Assembly: GCF_006345805.1 (NCBI RefSeq)
Contig: NW_021828851.1
Location: 1 to 7,518 of the forward strand
From: Octopus sinensis
Lineage: Eukaryota
DNA length: 7,518 nt
Direction of reading: 5' to 3'
The translations under genes and the position numbers were made by a program. The notes below the pieces were generated by a model, which had not been told where the DNA came from, made no database searches, and saw only the letters and a list, made by a program, of their open reading frames with translations. Below, piece by piece: positions 1 to 6,191 of this stretch (the first letter of the stretch is position 1; each line of letters begins with the position of its first letter).

Positions 1-75
1 CACATCGCACACGCACTCACACATTTCTGTGCCAGTTTTCTATTCGGACTAAGAGTGTCTACAGAACAATAATAG

Positions 76-179
76 CAACAACAACAACAACAACAACAGT
101 ACTGAAAACTGCAAAAGCAACACCACCACCACCACTACCACTACCACCAGCAACAACAACAGTAACAATAGCAACAACA
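76..179. repeat. (CAA)n/(CAC)n trinucleotide low-complexity tract
   Basis: (CAA)7 from 76, followed by CAC/CTA/CAA triplets to ~179. Confidence 0.9.
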
Positions 180-277
180 GCTCCCCCAGTCGGCCGACCG
201 CGTAATTTCGTCTCGCTAAACTTTCTTTAATGACCCAGCCTTGGACGGAAGTCGATCTCCATCGCCCACTAACAGTT

Positions 278-305
<28 letters not shown>
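278..305. repeat. (CA)14 microsatellite
   Basis: Perfect dinucleotide run. Confidence 0.97.
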
Positions 306-308
<3 letters not shown>

Positions 309-396
309 GCCAAGAAAGGGTATTTATGAGGTAAAGATAGACCTGTGAAAGTCTTAGAGGAAATTAATGTTGTGATTTATAAGGTGTGTGTATAAA

Positions 397-494
397 CATG
401 GTTTGTGCGGTTAAGAAGTTCGTTGGTTTTAGATTCGAGCATCATTTGAGTGTGAGTGAGTGCCTATTGAAACCCATGGTATCCGCTTCAGTCC
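397..494 (+). mobile_element. Possible old, interrupted tRNA-derived SINE head (family A-like)
   Basis: catggtttgtgcggttaagaagttcg (397-422) resembles the family A A-box region, and aacccatggtatccgcttcagtcc (471-494) resembles aaccacatggttccgggttcagtcc. About 48 bp of unrelated sequence lies between them. Confidence 0.35.
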
Positions 495-534
495 GTTGAC
501 AGAACTACATTACTTAAATCTTCAAAATTTGTGA

Positions 535-946
535 TACTCTTTACTCTTTATTCTTTACTCTTTTACTTGTTCAGTCATTTGACTGCGGCCATGCTGGAGC
601 ACCGCCTTCATTCGAGCAAATCGACCCCAGGACTTGTTCTTTGTAAGCCTAGTACTTATTCTATCGGTCTCTTTTGCCGAACCGCTAAGTTACGGGGACG
701 TAAACACACCACCATCGGTTGTCAAGCGATGTTGGGGGGGGACAAACACACAGACACACACACACATACATATATACATTTATACGAAGGGATTCTTTCA
801 GTTTCCGTCTACCAAATCCACTCACAAGGCTTTAGTCAGCCCGAGGCTATAGTAGAAGACGATTGCCCAAGGTGCTACACAGTGGACTGAACCTGGAACC
901 ATGTGGTTGGCAAGCAAGCTACTTACCACACAGCCACTCCTGCGCC
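535..946 (-). mobile_element. SINE family A, copy 1 (tRNA head + CORE-like domain + internal microsatellite + RTE-like tail)
   Basis: Minus strand reads GGCGCAGGAGTGGCTGTGTGG; A-box-like 926-936, B-box-like GGTTCAGTCC 884-893, CORE-like CACCTTGGGCAA 863-874. Internal (TA)/(TG) tract and a tandem tail of AGTAAAG/AGTAAAAG units at 535-570. Colinear with three other copies in the window. Confidence 0.93.
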
Positions 947-1030
947 TATATAAAGTTTATGTGCATTGTATGGATGTATGAGTGTGTATGTATACATATG
1001 CTCTAAAAATACACACACGCACGCGCGCGC

Positions 1031-1140
1031 ACTTTCACACAAATGACAAGGTGGAAGAACAAACATGGTGTATTAGTCTAACGCTTAGGAAAAACGTAAA
1101 TTTTTGACGTTTCAAGCCTACGCTCTTCTGCAGAAGGACT
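1031..1140 (-). mobile_element. Penelope-like element pLTR-type fragment carrying a hammerhead motif
   Basis: Contains a hammerhead-like core. Downstream blocks TTTCCTAAGCGT (1081-1092) and TAATACA (1069-1075) match TTTCCTGAGCGT (2135-2146) and TAATACA (2151-2157) at nearly the same distance from the 2096-2122 core. Abuts a (GATA)n tract. The PLE assignment is inferred. Confidence 0.6.
1104..1135 (-). ncRNA. Minimal type I hammerhead ribozyme-like motif (A6->C variant, likely impaired)
   Basis: Minus strand: UU CUGCAGA A GAGC-GUAG-GCUU GAAA CGUC|AA. Core CUGcAGA, 4-bp stem II, GAAA, palindromic ACGU in place of stem III, GUC triplet. Stem I is only 2 bp. Confidence 0.6.
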
Positions 1141-1143
1141 GAG

Positions 1144-1190
<47 letters not shown>

Positions 1191-1286
1191 GATGGATGGA
1201 TGGATGGATGGATGGATGGATGGATGGATGGGTGGGTGGGTGGATGAATGGATGGATGGATGGATGGATGTATGGATAGATAGATA
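1144..1286. repeat. Compound tetranucleotide microsatellite (GATA)11-(GATG)10-(GGTG)3-(GATG)n-(GATA)3
   Basis: Read directly from the sequence. Confidence 0.95.
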
Positions 1287-1331
1287 TGTTTGTATGTGTG
1301 TACATACGTAATATTTATCTATCTATATATA

Positions 1332-1612
1332 TCTATATATATAAAATCAACTTGTGTTTCTGTGTGTTTAACTTCCCGGCACATCTCCTCCTAGCCAACA
1401 AATCGTAGAACCACAAAAAATGGGTCACTTAAAGTTTTGGCGAATGAAAATTGAACTGCGCTATTTCTGTTCCGAAATTCATCTCGCAAGTGCAAAAATC
1501 GATAATGTGTTTGTTTAGGCCTTATCCCGTGCATTGAATAGTGAACTTTACTCAGTCAGCTGTTTGATGTGAATTGTGTTCATCACGCGTGCAAGCATGC
1601 GTAAATTGCACG
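1332..1612 (+). mobile_element. Non-autonomous Helitron-like element 1
   Basis: 5' A|TCTATATATATAAAA start followed by a ctgtgtgt tract; internal atctcctcctag (1383-1394) shared with element 2; 3' hairpin acgcgtgc-aa-gcatgcgt (1585-1602). The expected terminal CTAG is absent (cacg instead). Confidence 0.55.
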
Positions 1613-1620
1613 AAAAATAA

Positions 1621-2008
1621 TATATATATATATATATAAAGCTGAAGTTGTCTGTGTGTGGCAGGTTTGATAGCCTTTAACTAACACTATTTCCTCCAAG
1701 ACCCTGCGGCGCAAGTTGACCAAAACTGAGAGTATAATAGAAGGCTTGCTCTTCATTGTATAGAAGAAAAAATTCAAATCGGAGCATGTTAGGACTAAAA
1801 ATTATTTACATAAAAAGGTGCCTTTTTTCTATGGAAATCTCTATTTTTTTTTTTTCACTGCTGTGTTGCCATTTTTCGATGTATTTAAACCAGTAAAATG
1901 TTCACTTAAAGAGAATAACAAGCTACATAATGCAAAATTTTTACTTTTCAAAAATTCCAATTCTAAAGGGTCGAAACAAAACCGAGCAATGCCGGGCGAT
2001 ACTACTAG
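1621..2008 (+). mobile_element. Non-autonomous Helitron-like element 2
   Basis: 5' (TA)n-AAAGCTGAAGTTGTCTGTGTGT resembles element 1, with the 5' TC lost in the TA run. Shared atttcctccaag at 1689-1700. 3' GC-rich hairpin ccg(a)gc-aat-gccgg (1982-1995) followed by CTAG (2005-2008) and T, the canonical Helitron 3' end. Confidence 0.75.
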
Positions 2009-2021
2009 TATATATATATAT

Positions 2022-2207
2022 GTGACTTCGTGTGTACCGTTGGCGATTTTTTCCCTCTGTCTTCCCTTCTCTGGATCTTTCCTTCTCCTATGTTTCCGAC
2101 GAAGAGCTCCGCTCGAAACGTTAAACCCTCATTCTTTCCTGAGCGTCCAATAATACATATTTGTCCACGTCCTCGCGTTTTTTTTTGTGCTTCTTGTTTG
2201 GATTAAC
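2022..2207 (+). mobile_element. Penelope-like element pLTR-type fragment inserted in (TA)n
   Basis: Flanked by TA runs on both sides (2009-2021 and from 2208). Pyrimidine-rich body with a hammerhead motif; homologous to 1031-1140 (-). The PLE assignment is inferred. Confidence 0.65.
2092..2126 (+). ncRNA. Minimal type I hammerhead ribozyme-like motif (U4->C variant)
   Basis: GUUU CCGACGA A GAGC-UCC-GCUC GAAA CGUU|AAAC. Stem I GUUU/AAAC (4 bp), stem II 4 bp, palindromic ACGU in place of stem III, putative cleavage after U2122. Confidence 0.65.
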
Positions 2208-2244
2208 TATATATTATATATATATATAATATATATATATATAT

Positions 2245-2283
<39 letters not shown>
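2208..2283. repeat. Interrupted (TA)n microsatellite
   Basis: ~75 nt of pure A/T alternation with a few TT/AA phase slips. Confidence 0.95.
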
Positions 2284-2285
<2 letters not shown>

Positions 2286-2286
<1 letters not shown>

Positions 2287-2469
2287 GTCACACTTTGTGT
2301 CGCGCTGAATCTCCCTGGGAACTACGTTAAAGATATACGTGTCTGTGGAGTGCTCAGCCACTTGCACGTTAATTTCACGTGCAAAACGTGCAAGTGTCTG
2401 AGCACTCCACAGACACGTGTATCTTTAACGTAGTTCCCAGGGAGATTCAGCGTGACACAAAGTGTGACA
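2286..2469. repeat. 85-bp inverted repeat (fold-back) of a SINE 3' domain with a 14-nt spacer
   Basis: 2286-2370 is the reverse complement of 2385-2469 at 82/85 positions; mismatched pairs are 2302/2453, 2336/2419 and 2358/2397. Confidence 0.97.
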
Positions 2470-2620
2470 AATTACAGGTACTCCTCATTTTTGACAGCTG
2501 AGTAGACTGGAGCAACGTGAAATAAAACGTCTTGCTCAAGGACACAACGCGTCACCAGGAATTGCACTCACGACCTTGCGATCGTGAGCCGAATGCCCTA
2601 ACCACTAAGCCACGCGCCTT
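2385..2620 (-). mobile_element. tRNA-derived CORE-type SINE (family C), 3'-truncated into the fold-back
   Basis: Minus strand GGCGCGTGGCTTAGTGGTTAGGGC; perfect A box TGGCTTAGTGG (2602-2612); B box GTGCAATTCC with 1 mismatch (2558-2567); CORE-like GTGTCCTTGAGCAAGAC...CAGCTGTCAAAAATGAG. The 3' domain is homologous to ~5640-5760. It may correspond to the octopus OR-type SINEs (unverified). Confidence 0.88.
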
Positions 2621-2697
2621 TACAAACATATGTTGACCAATAAAATGGCTAATAGTATGGCGACGAAAGCAAGATCAAATCAATGTAAACTCTACAT

Positions 2698-3037
2698 CAG
2701 TGTTTCTCAACCGGGGTTCATGTGACCCTTGGCGGGGCGGGGTCCATATAAGATTTTGTTGTAACAAATCGTGCGCAATAAATTAGCTTATACTTCTAAA
2801 ATACACAAAATATTTCAACGCTTTTTGATTTACAATTAGGCACAGGAGTGACTGTGTGGGGAGAAGCTTGTTTCCCATCCACATGGTTCCGAGTTCAGTC
2901 TCACTGGGTGGCACCTTTGGCAAGTGTCTTCTACTATAGCCTGGGGCCGACCAAAGCTTTGTGAGTGGATCTGGTAAACGGAAATTGAAGCCCGTCGTGT
3001 ATATATATGTATGTGTGTATGTATGTGTGTATGTGTA

Positions 3038-3087
<50 letters not shown>

Positions 3088-3477
3088 TTGTGTTTGTGTG
3101 TGTATACATATCGTTGTGCGTGTGTGTGTTTGTGTCCGTTTGGTCTTCACCACTGCTTGACAACCGGTGTTGGTGCGTTTACGTCCCTGTAACTTACCGC
3201 TTCGGCACAAAACTCCAATAGAATAAGTACTAGGCTTTAAAAGTTAAGTCCTGAGGTTGTTTCGTTCAACTAAAACCCGTGCAGGCGGTGCCCCAGCATG
3301 GCCGCAGTCAAATGACAAAAAGAAGTGAAGAATAAAAGATAAAAAATAATTTCTAATAATATCTAATTATAAATAATATGATTGTTTTTTTTTTAAACAT
3401 GGAATGGCTATAAGGGTCCTTCTAAGAAAAATAGGAATCAAAGGGGTCGATAGGTAGAAAGCAATTGAGGACTGCTG
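2698..3477. mobile_element. hAT (Charlie-like) MITE interrupted by SINE family A copy 2
   Basis: Left TIR CAGTGTTTCTCAACC (2698-2712); degenerate right TIR AATTGAGGACTGCTG (3463-3477, 9/15 match). 8-bp TSD ctctacat (2690-2697) vs cactatat (3478-3485), 6/8 match. Subterminal GGGGTCCA-like motifs at 2713, 2739, 3413 and 3443. Confidence 0.72.
2839..3345 (+). mobile_element. SINE family A, copy 2 (more diverged variant)
   Basis: GGCACAGGAGTGACTGTGTGG head, GAGTTCAGTC B-box-like, CACCTTTGGCAAGTG CORE-like, expanded internal microsatellite (~2998-3135), GGCGGTGCCCCAGCATGGCCGCAGTCAAATGAC 3' end and an A-rich tail. Confidence 0.92.
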
Positions 3478-3593
3478 CACTATATTATCTTATCATCAAT
3501 AATGAGAGAGCAGGTAATAACTTTCAATGATATTTTTGTGGGTGGTGCTTGGTACATGACAGTTTGGGAACCACAAGTGAAACTCGTAGAAGT

Positions 3594-3776
3594 TTAGATA
3601 CCATTTTGCACTGCAGGAAACTCTGCAATTTGTCAAAAATTCTGTTGGGGTAACAAAAACATAAAAAAGAAAAAAGGAAAGAAAAAAGAAAAATGGAACG
3701 AAAAAAGAAAAAAAGGTTCGATATCAGCATGGGATCTTTCAATGGTGCAGAGATATGTGATATTGGCATATCCTAG
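3594..3776 (+). pseudogene. Degraded Penelope-like retroelement reverse-transcriptase fragment
   Basis: Translates as LDTILHCRK (3594-3620), then after a 1-nt frameshift TLQFVKNSVGVTKT* (3620-3664), an A-rich stretch, then FDISMGSFNGAEICDIGIS* (3717-3776). This resembles the I-x-H-[AC]-R-K-[ST]-L-L-F...W-V-K-K...F-D-V-T-M-G-S-[FY]-D-G-A-E-[IV]-C motif series that I recall from invertebrate PLE RTs. Confidence 0.78.
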
Positions 3777-3799
3777 AGGCACCCTTGCGGTTTGATGGG

Positions 3800-4495
3800 G
3801 GGAAACGGTTGTGTATGTGTGGTTGTTGTAGTAGCGATTGTGGCGATTGTGTTGGCGATGGTAGTATGTGGAGGTGGTAGTGGTGGTGGTGATGGTGATA
3901 CGGGTGGGGGTGATGGTGCTGGTGGTGATAGTGATAGTAGTGGTGGTGATAATAGTAGTGGTGGGGATAGTGGTGGTGGAGGTGGGGGAAGTAATTATTG
4001 GATAGTGGTCATAATCATAGAGGTGGTGGGGGTCATGGTGAATGCGGCAGTAGAAACGAGTAGTTGTCGTAAGGGTGATCATGGTAGTAGTATTGTTGTT
4101 GTTGCTCTTGTTGTTGTTTGTGGTGGCGGTAGTGGTGGAGATGCATCTGGTAGAGGTTATAGTGAATCGCGATGTGAGTAGTACAGGTGGTGGTAATAGT
4201 GGTGACGGTGGTGGTGGGTACGGACGACTTTATTTGCGGTGTTGGTGATTTGGAAACGATGGTGGCGGAGAGGTAGTTACGGTGGATAGTGGTGGGGGAT
4301 GGTGCGGAGTTGTGGAATTTTATATTTGGTATTGTTGTTGCTATTACAGTCGTTGTCGGTGTTGCTGTTGGTGGTGGTGGTGGTAATTTTGTCAGTTGTC
4401 TCCGATGTATTATTGATTTTGATGTAGTAGTAGTAGTAGTAGTAGTAGTAAGTAGTAGTAGTAGTGGTAGCGGTAGTAGTAGTAGTTGTTGTTGT

Positions 4496-4527
<32 letters not shown>

Positions 4528-4820
4528 TAGTAGTGGTAGTGGTAGTAGTAGTGGTAGTGGTAGTAGTAGTAGTGGTGGTAGTGTATAGAGGTGGTGGTGG
4601 TAGTGTGGGTGGTGAATGGTGCATAGGGGGTAGATGATGGTGATGATTGTGATGGTAGTTGTGGTTGTGGTGGTGGCGGTTACAGTACCGCTAGTTTTGA
4701 CGGCTGTGGTTGTTGTGGTGCTTCTTGTCGTGTCGCTTGTTTCTGCTGCTGCTGCTGCCTGCTGCTGATGATGATGATGATGATGATGATGATGTGGTGG
4801 TGGTGGTGGTGGTGGTGGTA
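3800..4820. repeat. G/T-rich trinucleotide low-complexity tract (GGT/GAT/AGT/GTT/GCT)
   Basis: Includes (TAG)n runs at ~4425-4585, (GAT)9 at 4767-4793 and (TGG)8 at 4795-4818. Confidence 0.92.
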
Positions 4821-4869
4821 TAGTTGCTTGTAGCAATCGCTGCCACAGTATCCACAATATATCCCAATC

Positions 4870-5200
4870 AGCACCACCACCACCATCACCACCATTATCA
4901 CCGTCATCATCCCAATCACCACTACCATCACCACCACCGCCATCAACACTATCACAACCACCACAATCACCACCACCAACACCACCACCACACCACCAAC
5001 ACCACCACCACCACCATCACTCTAATCACCAAACTTCCGCCATCATCATCACTACCACCACAATCACCGCCGTCACCACCATCATCACCATCAACAACAC
5101 CACCACTATCACCCCAATCACCAAACCACCACCACCAGCTCCATCATTTACCTCCCCCGCAATCACCAAACTACCACCATCACTACCACCATTTCCACCT
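4870..5200. repeat. C/A-rich trinucleotide low-complexity tract (CAC/CAT/CAA)
   Basis: Complementary composition to the 3800-4820 tract. Confidence 0.92.
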
Positions 5201-5447
5201 CCCGCCCATAACATGCTCGATACGTTATCAACGGCAGTTGTTACTCCTCTCTCGTATGTTGTTATCTCCGAAGCAACACCAGCCAAACAAATCCAGTTTT
5301 TATAACCAATAAAACCGTGACTAAACACACATCCAGAAGATTTTCCCATTGTCCAACCGTGTCTTGGGTTATTTTGTCACGCTGTGTGTTTGACTGATAA
5401 ATATCAGACATTGGAACTGTCAATGGATTATCAACTATATGTCGACC

Positions 5448-5837
5448 TGTGGAGGCGCAATGGCCCAGTGGTTAGGGCAGCGGACTCGTGGTCGTAGGAT
5501 CGCGGTTTCGATTCCCAGACCGGGCGTTGTGAGTGTTTATTGAGCGAAAACACCTAAAGCTCCACGAGGCTCCGGCAGGGGATGGTGGTGATCCCTGCTG
5601 TACTCTTTCACCACAACTTTCTCTCACTCTTACTTCCTGTTTCTGTTGTACCTGTATTTCAAGGGGCCGACCTTGTCACTCTCTGTGTCACGCTGAATAT
5701 CCCCGAGAACTACGGTAAGGGTACACGTGTCTGTGGAGTGCTCAGCCACTTACACGTTAATTTCACGAGTAGGCTATTACATTGATCGGATCAACCGGAA
5801 CCCTCGTCGTCGTAACCGACGGAGTGCTTCCTCCCCT
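5448..5837 (+). mobile_element. Full-length tRNA-derived SINE (family B) with a perfect 12-bp TSD
   Basis: TSD TATATGTCGACC at 5436-5447 and 5838-5849; A box TGGCCCAGTGG (5461-5471); B-box-like GTTTCGATTCC (5505-5515); 3' domain shared with family C; terminal stem-loop cgtcg-taac-cgacg (5808-5821). Confidence 0.93.
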
Positions 5838-6098
5838 TATATGTCGACCGTTGCTCCCAGACTTCGAATCCCAGAGCCGCTAGCCGCTGAGTTGGTTTTT
5901 GACCACGTATTTACTAAACTTACATGGAAGCTGTTTTGCTAATCGGTTTTCACTTCTGACGTCTTCAGTTCAGCTTGTAATTTTACTTATCTACAAGTCA
6001 CCTGTTGGTACCACAGTTAAAATTTGGTACCATTACCGCCTCACAGCTACATTTCACGACCGACCACCTATTAATTGTGATGGTAGTACAGAAGGATT

Positions 6099-6112
6099 TT
6101 TCCCGCGCGAAA
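6099..6112. promoter_or_regulatory. Candidate overlapping inverted E2F-type sites
   Basis: TTTCCCGC (6099-6106, +) and TTTCGCGC (6105-6112, -) both fit TTTSSCGC. Motif match only. Confidence 0.25.
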
Positions 6113-6154
6113 ACCGCAACCCCTGGCTTTTTATCCACTTACATACGTTTAGTA

Positions 6155-6156
6155 TA

Positions 6157-6191
<35 letters not shown>

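Noticed and set aside
59-206. Possible acceptor ctacag| followed by an N/T/S-rich reading frame ending SPSRPTA*
   Set aside because: Weak polypyrimidine tract, and the content is fully explained by CAA/CAC repeats.
181-250. Minus-strand GAC-GAAA...GUC that looks like half a hammerhead; palindrome gtcggccgac at 189-198
   Set aside because: There is no CUGANGA-type core upstream of a stem II.
531-890. ORFs with recurring peptides such as FSHLTAAMLEH (also 6005-6247, 6354-6644, 6985-7173, 7281-7502)
   Set aside because: They are translations of SINE family A copies.
1010-1032. Alternating purine-pyrimidine run with (CG)4 (Z-DNA potential), and GGGT/GGT runs (G-quadruplex potential)
   Set aside because: Generic properties of microsatellites; only three GGG runs at 1230-1240, and nothing indicates function.
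4033-4857. 274-aa minus-strand ORF and the other long ORFs across 3633-5349 (poly-T/H/L/V/G/S)
   Set aside because: Triplet repeats lacking stop codons keep several overlapping frames open on both strands, and there is no recognisable domain. Thr-rich stretches with mixed codons cannot be fully excluded as an exon without RNA-seq.
5451-5525. tRNA-like sequences here and at 2545-2618 as real tRNA genes
   Set aside because: No complete acceptor-stem pairing, and they continue directly into SINE bodies.
5254-5880. ~70-codon minus-strand frame restored by removing SINE B (RLWDSK...WLVLLRR*)
   Set aside because: No recognisable motif and no convincing splice sites; this length is expected by chance.
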